Shown here piece by piece: positions 46,972 through 56,607 of a stretch of DNA of 64,000 bases. Source of the stretch: Blepharisma stoltei ATCC 30299 (Eukaryota; Protista; Ciliophora); NCBI GenBank assembly GCA_965603825.1, contig CBFDEM010000011.1, forward strand, positions 992,001 to 1,056,000, read 5' to 3'. Below the pieces are notes generated by a model. It did no database searches, was not told the origin of the DNA, and saw only the letters and a program-made list of their open reading frames with translations. The translations under genes were made by a program, and so were the position numbers. The first letter of the stretch is position 1. Each line of letters opens with the position of its first letter.

Positions 46972-48621
46972 ATGGGCGTTTGTATAAGTAAAGAAAATAA
47001 AGCCAAAAAGCCACACAGAGCATCGGTTTTATTGGCACCGGAAGTGTCCAGCAGCTCACGTTTGGAGTCAGTCAGAGATAAATTTGACTTTATTAAAGTT
47101 TTAGGCTATGGGCAGTTTGGAACTGTAAGACAAGCAGTCAAGAAAAATGATACAATGTCACAAAATAAAAAGTTATACGCAATTAAATCAATATGCAAGG
47201 ACAATGTGAAGAAGAATTTGGAGTCCATGAAAAGGGAATTGGAAATTCTAAAATTAGCCGATCACCCGAATATTGTAAAACTTTATGAAATTTATGAGGA
47301 TAGTAAATACATCCATCTGGTAATGGAATATTGCTCAGGCGGCGACTTATGTGACTATCTTATTCATAAAGAAATTTTAACTGAAAAAGAAGTTTCTGTA
47401 TTAATGAGACAGATGTTTTCAGCAGTTAACCATCTTCACCATTTAAAAATATGCCACAGAGACCTAAAGCCTGAAAACTTTTTACTGGCTAATAACAGCG
47501 ACACCCCAGAAGTAAAATTAACTGATTTTGGGATGTCAGTCAAATTTGGGGACGATAAAATGAAGTCAATGGTGGGCACTCCATATTTCGTTGCCCCAGA
47601 AGTCCTAAAAGGCCGATATGGCAAAGAATGTGACATCTGGTCTTTAGGCGTCTTCATGTACTTTTTGCTATCAGGACATCATCCGTTCAAAGGCCACGAT
47701 TTAAAAGAGCTTTTCCTTCATATCACAAAAGGTGAGTTTTCCTTCCCAGAGAAGCCATGGAGCAAAATTTCTAAAGAAGCCCGACACCTTATCCAGCAGA
47801 TGCTTAACACTAATCCAGCTAAAAGAATTTCAATATCTCGAGCCTTGGCTCATCCTTGGTTTTCTACTCTAGATGATCCAAATGAGCATCCTCCTCTAAA
47901 TTTAGAAGTTTTAAATTCTATGAAAAAATTCCAAGCCCCTAGTAAGCTATATCAAGAAGCTATGAAAGTTTTTGTGAGGAATATTTCTGAAGAAAGATAT
48001 GAAGAATTAGGAGCTGCATTTAAAGAAATTGACCAGTCAAACACAGGATTTGTAACCGCTCAGGACATTGTAGATGCAATGAGAAGAAATGGGTACGATT
48101 TACTTGTGGATGAAATTGAGACTTTAATGAAAAATGTTCAGTATATAGGAGGAGGAAAATTAAATTATACGCAATTTTTAATCGCAGCATTAGCGAGAAA
48201 AAAAATTATGGATGAGGAAGCGTTGTGGGCAGTTTTTAACCATTTTGATAATGGCCATACAGGGACTATAAGTTTAGAGAATTTAAAGTTTGCTTTAATA
48301 AAAGCAGGCTGCTTTATAAGTGATAACGATTTCGAAGAAATCGTCAAAGAATTCGAGCTAAAAGCTGGAAAAAACATGAACTATGAAGAATTCAAAGAAA
48401 TTATGACCTGCTTTTCTGAAGAAAACTCATTTGTTATGATAACTGATGAAGATGAAGCTCGAGGAACTGAAAGAAGACAAACTAAAAGACTGTCTGTAAG
48501 AAGAATTACTATCAGAAGAGCTACTCTCAACGTGATAGAAAGCACACCAACGCTTGAAACAAAAATGGAAACTATAAAAGAAACCGCAGCTGATACCAAA
48601 AATGAAGAAATTAAATTATAA
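46972..48621 (+). CDS. CDPK: Calcium-dependent protein kinase, 549 aa
   Basis: MGVCIS, LGYGQFGTV, HRDLKPEN, DFG, GTPYFVAPE, EF-hand loops DQSNTGFVT and DNGHTGTIS. Confidence 0.95.
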   Translation: MGVCISKENKAKKPHRASVLLAPEVSSSSRLESVRDKFDFIKVLGYGQFGTVRQAVKKNDTMSQNKKLYAIKSICKDNVKKNLESMKRELEILKLADHPNIVKLYEIYEDSKYIHLVMEYCSGGDLCDYLIHKEILTEKEVSVLMRQMFSAVNHLHHLKICHRDLKPENFLLANNSDTPEVKLTDFGMSVKFGDDKMKSMVGTPYFVAPEVLKGRYGKECDIWSLGVFMYFLLSGHHPFKGHDLKELFLHITKGEFSFPEKPWSKISKEARHLIQQMLNTNPAKRISISRALAHPWFSTLDDPNEHPPLNLEVLNSMKKFQAPSKLYQEAMKVFVRNISEERYEELGAAFKEIDQSNTGFVTAQDIVDAMRRNGYDLLVDEIETLMKNVQYIGGGKLNYTQFLIAALARKKIMDEEALWAVFNHFDNGHTGTISLENLKFALIKAGCFISDNDFEEIVKEFELKAGKNMNYEEFKEIMTCFSEENSFVMITDEDEARGTERRQTKRLSVRRITIRRATLNVIESTPTLETKMETIKETAADTKNEEIKL

Positions 48622-48725
48622 ATAAAATCAATCATTGGATTTTTGAAATTGTAGTCGACCATGTATTGTCTGAAAGGAGGCATTCGCTGCTTAAGCTCAA
48701 CCCTTTCAATAGATCTATGTCTGAT
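48028..48725. repeat. Copy B of the inverted duplication (partner ~31590-32165)
   Basis: See copy A. The junction 48613-48644 matches 31705-31736 at 30/32 nt in reverse complement. Confidence 0.88.
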
Positions 48726-48745
48726 CTTCTTTTCTCTTTTAATGT
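48628..48745 (-). pseudogene. Decayed 3' fragment of the C2orf81-like gene at 30012-31721
   Basis: The reverse complement contains AAGCAGCGAATGCCTCC (48676-48692 = 31623-31639) and ATGGTCGACTAC (48651-48662 = 31659-31670). It translates as RVELKQRMPPFRQYMVDY vs RVEHKQRMPPPPFGQSMVDY. Confidence 0.88.
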
Positions 48746-48824
48746 TAATTTAGCTTTCTAAATGCTGATTCTTATATAAATATAATGAATATATAGCAAA
48801 TCTTTATATGGCATAATTTCATAA

Positions 48825-49388
48825 TTATGATGTTAATAACGAATTTATTCTTGATTGGATTTCATTGTCAAGCTGATTTACTGTTTTCAATATAGTTTCT
48901 TGATCATACCTATACTTTGGCAAGCAAGCTCTTTTTTCTTCAACTGAAATACAGTCATCAGAATACACAAGCTGAGTTGTATCAAAACTTGTTGAAAACA
49001 CTGGCAAGGGTCATGATGTAAAAATTGATTGAGGTCCTGCAGCTTGTTCCGGGACTTCAATATCTTCAATTTTCTGCTTTTTATGTGCCATACTCATAGC
49101 TCTTTGTTCGACGAGTTGTGGAGGTACTCCTTCCATTCCAAAAATATCTAATTCAATAGCATCTCTTCCTGTCTTTGCATTCGGCACTTTCAGCACCTGT
49201 TCTTTATGCACTTGCAGCACATGTGTCGCCATCGATGCTGCAGTACTAAACTTCTTATGGCACGTATGACACGAAAAATGCCTGGCTTTTTGATGCTGAT
49301 GCAGTACAAATTCATCATCAAACTCTCTATCACAATAATAGCAAAAAGGCTTCAGGAATCTAATTTTTTGTCTATTCTTACGACCCAT
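48825..49388 (-). CDS. ZNF207: BuGZ/ZNF207-like C2H2 zinc-finger protein, ~187 aa
   Basis: [61 protein letters not shown]; TGA 49011; C-terminal [12 protein letters not shown]. Confidence 0.92.
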
Positions 49389-49395
49389 TTATAAA

Positions 49396-49983
49396 ATGGA
49401 GTTCTTAAAGAGGGAAGCTCTATTTCAGCATCTTCCTTTGTTAAATAAAGAAATGCTTTTACTGCTTATTGACTCAGCTCTGCTTTATTTAACTCATAGA
49501 AAGCAGTATTTTGACTCAGGAGAATTTTATGAACAAGCATTAGGCGTAGGCTGCCAGCTATCTAAAAATGAATTTAAGTCAGCTTGTGAAGGCTTGACTG
49601 TACTAATAGAATGGATGCTCAAAAACAACCCAGAAAATGCTGGAAGATTTACCTTTCTTAATATTTTATCTACCCATTCTGCCTTAGGTGAAGATTTGTT
49701 GACTGAAATCGATGGATTTTTCACAAGAAAAATCAAAGAATATGCAGACAAAAAGCCTTTATTTGGGAACTTGCATTTAATAGACGTAGACTGGAATGCA
49801 GGGATTACGGTAGCTACAGACTCTTCTAATGGGTTAAATACTCCCTATGTGAAGCTCCAGCTGAATTTAGCAAACCCACAGACTGGGCTTTGCAGCAGAG
49901 AGACTATATCTCTTGACTATTTAGAATTCAAGAATTTATTAAGAGAAACTCGAAAAATTAGCAGCATAATGAACACGCTTTAA
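49396..49983 (+). CDS. COMM-domain (COMMD) protein, 195 aa
   Basis: LIDVDWNAGITVATDS..LNTPYVKLQLNL..LDYLEFKNLL is the COMM domain pattern. Confidence 0.85.
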   Translation: MEFLKREALFQHLPLLNKEMLLLLIDSALLYLTHRKQYFDSGEFYEQALGVGCQLSKNEFKSACEGLTVLIEWMLKNNPENAGRFTFLNILSTHSALGEDLLTEIDGFFTRKIKEYADKKPLFGNLHLIDVDWNAGITVATDSSNGLNTPYVKLQLNLANPQTGLCSRETISLDYLEFKNLLRETRKISSIMNTL

Positions 49984-49995
49984 ATAAGTCATAAA

Positions 49996-52023
49996 TTAAA
50001 CATCATCTTTGACTGAATCCTGAGCCTCTTTCCATTTCTTAGCCATTTCTAAGATCTTTAAGTTACGAGCTTCAGTGGTTTCGTCAGGGAAAATATAGTC
50101 TAAATATTCTTCATAGCCAGCTTCTTCTTCACCTTCTCTTTCAACTTTTCGCTTTTTCTTGACTTTTTGTGGCATTTTTTTCATTACTTCTTCAACTGAT
50201 TTTTCGTCACCGTGCTCTTGCTCTATTTCTTGTCAGGCTTCTAATAGTAAAAGGCGTGACTCTTTGTCAGAAATTTGTTTAAAATGATTATCGCCTCTTT
50301 TGAGGACATTTCGGGCATCATCGAAATTTTGGTAAGAAATTTCGAATTGGGCATAAGAAACCCAGACTTTTAGGTGCTTGGTTTTGGTAAGAAGTCTTTC
50401 ATATAAATCTTTGGCGCCTTTGCAGTTATTTAGCTCAATTTCTGTGTCAATATATGCTTTTCAGGCTAGTTCTGGCATGTCGAGATTGGTTTGAGAAATC
50501 GCAATTTCTAGGATTTTTCTACACCTTTCAGTTTCTTCTAATGTTTTTTCGAACTCAGAAAATTTGATCCAGGCTTTGCAGTTTGAAGGCTGCTTTTCTA
50601 TTCATTTAGTATATAGGTTTCTACATCTGTCGATTTCTCCAAGCTGCATTTCTAGTTCAATATAGGCTTGGAAGATTTTTTTGCTACCGTATTTTCCAAT
50701 TCCTGTTCCTAGTATTTTTCTGGCTTTTTCTAAATTTAATTGTCGGATTTCAAAAAACGCATAAAGAGTCCAAAGTTTAGAAAAGCTGAAATATTGGTGT
50801 GGGACAATTTTTAAAGCATTTTCATAGACTTGTCGGGCATTTTCGATTTCTCCAGAGCTTTCTTCGAAAACTGCATAATTAATCCAAAAATAAATGTATC
50901 TTCGCCAATGTTTTTTCTCATTAGAGTTTGGTATATTTGCAATAGCTCTTTCATAGGTTTCTCGGATTCTTTTTAAGTCTCCTTGAGATTCTTCGAGCTT
51001 TATGTAGTCAAACCAAATATCATATGCCATTGGCTGCTCAGAAAGAGATTTTTCGTACAAAGCCCTTCTTTTATTGAGTACCACAATCTCTATATTTCCT
51101 TTAGACCCATATTGTTTTTCAAAATTAATATAATTTTGATACAATTTAGGTGCTTTTTCCTTGGGAATCTGCTCAATCGCGTACTTAAAAAGCTCCCTCG
51201 CTCTTTCATACTCATGGCATTTTATTTCAAACTCTGTAAACTCCAAAAAAAACTCCTCCACATTTGCATGTGGCCCAAGCTCTTCTATGCATTTTTCAAA
51301 GACTTTTCTTGCTCCTTGCCTATTTTTATGTTTTTCTTCAAATTTCGCCACTTTAATAAAGCTTGATACCTCAGGATGGGCTTGTATCATCCTATATATA
51401 ATTTCTCTGGCCTTGTCAGTTTCTTTCATCCTTTCTTCAAATTTTGAGTACATAATTCATGCAGACTGAGGAGGGTTAATTTCCATTCATCTTTCAAATA
51501 TCTTCCTCGCTCCTATGTAATTTCCAAGCATTTCTTCCATATATGCATACTTATACCAAAGCTGATCTACCCTCGGCAAATAATTAATTGCCCTTTCCCA
51601 TACATTTCTGGCGTTATTCACAAATTTGTGCCGCATTTCCATTTCTGCGTATTTCACTCATAATGACGTGTTTTTATAGTCTACGTTGATTGCGCGTTCA
51701 AAAACACTCCGGGCTCGCTTGAAATCTTGGAGACCTTCTTCAAAGGCAGCATATTTAAGCCAGGCAGAAATTAAAAATTTCTGTTTGCGGACTGTGTTTT
51801 CGAATTCAGCTGTTTTGCGGTGGAGATAGTCGGTAAGCTCTTCTTCGTCGTTGATTTGGACACGAGGTGGGCGAATGTCGTCAATTTGGTTTGCCAAAGC
51901 TTCACGAAGGAGCTGTTCAGCAGAAATTTGGATATCAGCAGGAGCCTTATTTTTGGTTCGTGGGAGACGAACACTCATTTGGCTTGGAGGTAAAGAATAT
52001 TCAGGTCTTTCTATAGGATCCAT
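49996..52023 (-). CDS. CRNKL1: Crooked-neck/Clf1 HAT-repeat splicing factor, ~675 aa
   Basis: [38 protein letters not shown]. Six TGA (51658, 51487, 51457, 50602, 50461, 50233) lie in one frame, mostly at HAT Trp sites; [18 protein letters not shown]. Confidence 0.95.
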
Positions 52024-52148
52024 ATTATAAAAAATTAAAAATTTTATTTTTTGATAGAAGAACTATAAAAGATAAGCTATTAATGCTGATTTTAATAAAA
52101 AATCTAAGGGATGGATCACAAAGTGAATTTTAAGGAAAATAATATAAA

Positions 52149-53417
52149 ATGTCTGAAGACGATAAAGGAAAAATCAAGGTAAAAAAATCGTGGATTGAAA
52201 AGCTCTTTTCACCTATCATTCCTGGCTCTGTAAAAAGCTCAGTTCTTAGCTTATGCAGCATCACTTTAGGAAGTGGAGTTTTAAGCTTGCCATTAGCAGT
52301 CTACACTTGTGGGCTTGCCCTGGGTATGGATCTCCTTATAATTGGAGGACTCATCTGTAGCTTTTATTACAAAATCTTAATAAAAGCCAGCGACATGACT
52401 AAACAATACACCCACGCTGGCATTGCTGAAGCTTTATTCGGGTTTTACTTCAAAAGAGGACTAGAAATAGGGATAATTTTGCATTGCTTTGGAGTAGTTT
52501 GTGCATATCAAGCTATAATGAGCTCATTTTTGTGTAGTGTTTTGCATTCGTTTGGGGTTTTAGCTCAGCCTGACGATGACCAATTAAGAGTGACAGCAAT
52601 AATCCTTATCAATATTTTCGTGATTTTCCCTTTGTCGCTATTTAAAGAATTCAGTGCATTAAGATATGCGTCCTCAATTAGTGTGATTTCTTGTATTTAT
52701 ATTACACTTGTGATTCTATTCCAGACTCCAGCTTATTTAGCTACAAATCCAGGGTTTATGAACAATATAAAACTATTTGATTTTAATATATACGTAGTTG
52801 ACGCTATGAGCATAACTCTTTTTGCTTATGAGTCTTCAAGAGCGATCCCTATCATTTATCAAGAACTCAACAAAAGAAACTATAATAGGATGAGCAAGGT
52901 TATTGACAGAGGAAATGGCCTGATGATTGTACTTTATACAGTAATTGGCGTTTTTGGGTTTTTTTCGTATATGAATAAAATGCCTAACTTGGTGGTCTTC
53001 AGACAGACATTAGATGGGACGCCCAATGCTTATGATTGGCCAATGGTTTATGCAAGACTAGGAGTTGCCATGACGATTATGATGAGCATTCCTATGAATA
53101 TTAATCCAACCAGGTTAGCTTTGACACAAATAATTTCAGGGACAAATTACAAAGAAGATTTAGCAAGACATGTAGGACTAACCGCTATGCTTTTATTTGG
53201 GTCAGTTTTGGTAGCAATAGCCATCCCTGACGCTATTTTTTACTTCAAAATATTAGGAGGAATTTTTTCAGTGATAATGGGAGTTATTTATCCGTGCTTA
53301 ATACAAATGTATTTGCCTGAAAGTTTTACAACAAAAATAGTGACAGTGGTTTTGACAGTAATCGTGAGCTTGATTGGATTTAGCTCAGTAGTGATAACGA
53401 TTAATAGTATTTCTTAA
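52149..53417 (+). CDS. Amino-acid transporter (AAAP/SLC38-like), 422 aa
   Basis: LGSGVLSLPLA, PLSL..SALRYAS, FAY, about 11 hydrophobic segments. Confidence 0.9.
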   Translation: MSEDDKGKIKVKKSWIEKLFSPIIPGSVKSSVLSLCSITLGSGVLSLPLAVYTCGLALGMDLLIIGGLICSFYYKILIKASDMTKQYTHAGIAEALFGFYFKRGLEIGIILHCFGVVCAYQAIMSSFLCSVLHSFGVLAQPDDDQLRVTAIILINIFVIFPLSLFKEFSALRYASSISVISCIYITLVILFQTPAYLATNPGFMNNIKLFDFNIYVVDAMSITLFAYESSRAIPIIYQELNKRNYNRMSKVIDRGNGLMIVLYTVIGVFGFFSYMNKMPNLVVFRQTLDGTPNAYDWPMVYARLGVAMTIMMSIPMNINPTRLALTQIISGTNYKEDLARHVGLTAMLLFGSVLVAIAIPDAIFYFKILGGIFSVIMGVIYPCLIQMYLPESFTTKIVTVVLTVIVSLIGFSSVVITINSIS

Positions 53418-53473
53418 TTAAATTTTAGTCATAAAAAATAGAAAATTCAAATTTTTAGAGTTGAGGAATTATA

Positions 53474-54100
53474 ATGGCAGAAATCCCTAAAACATCTTCA
53501 CAAATTTCTAAGCTCGATATCCCTGGGATGTCCAAGCTCCGTAAACAACTAGCGAAAATCCCAATCGAAGTGCCAGATATTTCATTAAAACTTGACCACT
53601 ACAAAAAATCTCTTGATTTCAAGTATTTTTAACACAGATCTGAATTTCTTAATAGCCATATCCTAAATAGCTCTTTTTCTCCTGAATTAATAGAAAGAGA
53701 CAAAATTTATACTAGCAAAGCTATAGAGCTCCAACAAGTAATTGGTGTAGAAATTGGAAAAAAGTTCAGACAACGATATATAGAAGAGCTTTTAAAACAT
53801 GATAGTGAGGTCCGAGATGTTTTATCTAATTTTGACAGCTGGGAGCTGAAAAACACTTATAGAAGAATGAACAGAAATAAGCTAAAAAGCAAATTTGAAG
53901 TAGAAAATTTTCGATATAAAACACAGCGGCTCAGTGTTGATGTGTTGAGAAAGAAAGCAAAATCAGAAATACAAAAAAATGAAAGAGAAATTTTGATTAA
54001 AAGAAATGATTGGAAAGAAAATGAATTTGTAAGAAGAAACAAGATCAGCGAAATGAGAGATAAAGAGACCAGCTTTTTAACACAAATGGAATCTTTATAA
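53474..54100 (+). CDS. Hypothetical protein, ~203 aa, one 15-nt intron
   Basis: ataATG 53474 is in frame with ORF 53867-54100 after removing intron 53623-53637. Confidence 0.7.
53623..53637 (+). other. 15-nt intron GTATTTTTAACACAG
   Basis: GT..AG, A10, removes in-frame TAA. Confidence 0.85.
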
Positions 54101-54195
54101 GGATCTGCCAGAATTTATTTAAAATAATTAGCTTAATGAAATTAATTGTGCTGATAAAAATCAATTAAAATAAGTGATTAGCTATTTTTATTATT

Positions 54196-54663
54196 CTAAA
54201 GATCTGGCTTTTCAGTAGCTTTTTCAGCAGCTTTTTCAGTGTCTTCACTTGCCTTTACCTCAAACTCAATAATCTTGATTTTCGGTGTTTTTCCATGAAC
54301 TTCAGCATAGGCATTAGGGTCATTAAAGTACTGTTCAGCGAAGTGTGGCTTTAAGTACCAAAACTCTACAGGTGTAGTTTCTCCAACTCTAGCTCCACTA
54401 ATAAATGTGAAAACTTGTACCCAGTAGCCGTCTGCACCTTCCCCTTCTCTTTTTCTGTCTCCAAATCGACCTTCTTTAACAATGATTTTGTCTGATTGGA
54501 AATGTCCGACGACCCACATTTCTTGGCTGTTTGGGTCTTCTTTGCTTTCGATTGTGACGTCTTTCATACGATAAATTGGCACTTTTTCAACTTCTTCAAG
54601 CTGGAAAGTAGAAGCCGCCAAGCTTAATGATACAAGTAATGATATGAAAATAAGACGTGCCAT
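54196..54663 (-). CDS. Secreted protein, possibly chagasin/I42 inhibitor-like Ig fold, 155 aa
   Basis: Signal peptide. EDPNSQEMW, GEGADG..VFTF and FWYLKPH echo chagasin NPTTGY.W, G.GG..F.F and Y.RPW. Ends KPDL. Confidence 0.5.
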   Translation of the reverse strand: MARLIFISLLVSLSLAASTFQLEEVEKVPIYRMKDVTIESKEDPNSQEMWVVGHFQSDKIIVKEGRFGDRKREGEGADGYWVQVFTFISGARVGETTPVEFWYLKPHFAEQYFNDPNAYAEVHGKTPKIKIIEFEVKASEDTEKAAEKATEKPDL

Positions 54664-55075
54664 TTTATTATTGAGTTACAATGAAAAGGAAAATGGAAAT
54701 TAAAATTAAAAGGAAAATTATAGATAATAAGCAAGGTAAATGTATGCAAAAAGGAAATTTTGGAGTTAGATTTGAAAATGGTATGAATTCTTTATTAGCC
54801 AGAATTATAATACGAATATTGCCTATTCACTAAGCCAACTCTCTAAAATTCCCTTGTCTTATTAATTTCTACAATAAACCTCTTTGTCATTCATGGACCT
54901 CCCTTTGCCTTCTCTGCTATGATTTTATAATAGCAATTTAATTAGCCAGTATTAAATCCCTTTATAAAATTAGCATCAAATAAACAAAGCATTTTATTTT
55001 ACCCACCTAAGTTATAATACAACCCTATCAAAACATAACTTTTTAATTATTTCCTAATTTATTATCCATAAAATT

Positions 55076-56398
55076 CTAAACATCGTTATACCCATCGCTA
55101 TTTCTTTCCTCTTTTTCTTCATTTTCATAATCCGGGATAAACCTCAACAGCGGCAGCGGTAGAAGCATAATACAATTTGTAAGCAGCAGCATAAGCCACA
55201 GCAGGTTAAAATTACTTTCAGTAATTCCAAGCCCAATCATAAGCAGAGCTCCTAACTGGCTTGAAACTAAATTCCCAAAATTCCACGTAGACATCAGTAA
55301 AGCATATAAAGAGCCTTCAATATTTTTCGGGCAAATTCTGCAGCAGAGCACTAGCAGCGGCATTGCGTTCAGCTCTCCAAGAGCTTGGACCAAAAAGTTG
55401 CTGCTTAATGCAAAAACTGTGTCAGGGATCCCCAAAGTGACATTAAATCTCGTGACTAATAAAATTTGTGTTAAGCCCATTACACAGCCTATAATGCATG
55501 ACGACAAAAACATTGGCTTGAACCCGATGCCTTTAAGCCATTTATTATATACGAGCATTCCTATTAAAGTTGCTAAGCCCCAAGCCATTTTCATTCTTCC
55601 CATGAATTCATACTCAAATCCTAAGTCGTTAGTATAGTAGAAAAACATCGCATCCCCAGAGGACGGAGTACACATAAATAAGAAAATAAAAGTGATTGGT
55701 CACGCCACCCTCGGCATTTTTACAAATTGCCAAATTTCTTTAACTTGGGTATGAACAGTTGGATTTTCAGTCACTCTGCGTTCATTCATTAATAAAGCTG
55801 CTACACACAGCAGCAATGGAAAGCAGGCAGTAATCAAAAACACAGTCCTTTTATCAATATATTCCAATAAAATCCCACCAGAATATGCAGTCACCAGCAT
55901 CCCAAATGCCCTAGTTCCAAAAAACAATGTTACATATTTTGAAGCGTCCTCAGCGCTGTCCCCATGTTTTTGGCTTTCTTCCACTACAAGAGCTTCCCCA
56001 ATTACATTGCAAAAAGCTGTGCAAATTTGTATAATAAGCATTGTCACAATTGCAGAAATCGACGAATTTACAACTGATGACATTACAACCCAAGAGCACA
56101 TGCCAATTATCCCAAAAACTGCAAGATAAGGGGATCGTCTTCTTCCGAAAATAGGGAAACAGTCAGAAATAAAGCCCCATAGTGGTTTGATAATTCAAGG
56201 AATAGACGCAAGTGAGGTGGCAAAAGCAACTTCTGAAGGGCTCATTTTGAAATCGTCTTTATATAGATAACTCATTGATAAATCTGATAGCCCTAAAAAA
56301 CCTTGAGAAATTGCAACTAGTATAATGACGAGGCCGGCAATGTTGTATCTGGAGGAAAGCCCTTTTAAGGGTTCTTCTTCTATGTCTGGTAAAGCCAT
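55076..56398 (-). CDS. BT1/folate-biopterin transporter (MFS), ~440 aa
   Basis: IP(W)IIKPLWGFISDCFPIFGRRR with TGA 56195; TGA 55700; PSSGDAMFFY, CPKNIEGSLYALLMS. Confidence 0.93.
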
Positions 56399-56607
56399 TT
56401 ATAAACGGCTACACATCAAAAAGTTAATTTTTGATTAGGTTTGTGTCATTTTAATTATGATTATTTTGGTATTTTAAAGGTAATTGTTTTAAAAAAACTG
56501 TGTTATAAAGCTGGTATATTAAATAATGCGTAATTAAAATTAAAAATAGTGTATTATTATTACTCAGGATAATAATTAAAGAAATTGATTAGTAATTCAT
56601 AAAAGGA

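Noticed and set aside
6545-48621. Three paralog pairs (CFAP97-like, CDPK, PDE) as one ancient block duplication
   Set aside because: Order is not collinear with or without undoing the inversion, the pairs are very diverged, and these families are large in ciliates.
48381-48683. 100-aa minus ORF MPPFRQYMVDY
   Set aside because: Not a gene. Its start is the decayed C2orf81-like remnant and the rest is antisense to CDPK.
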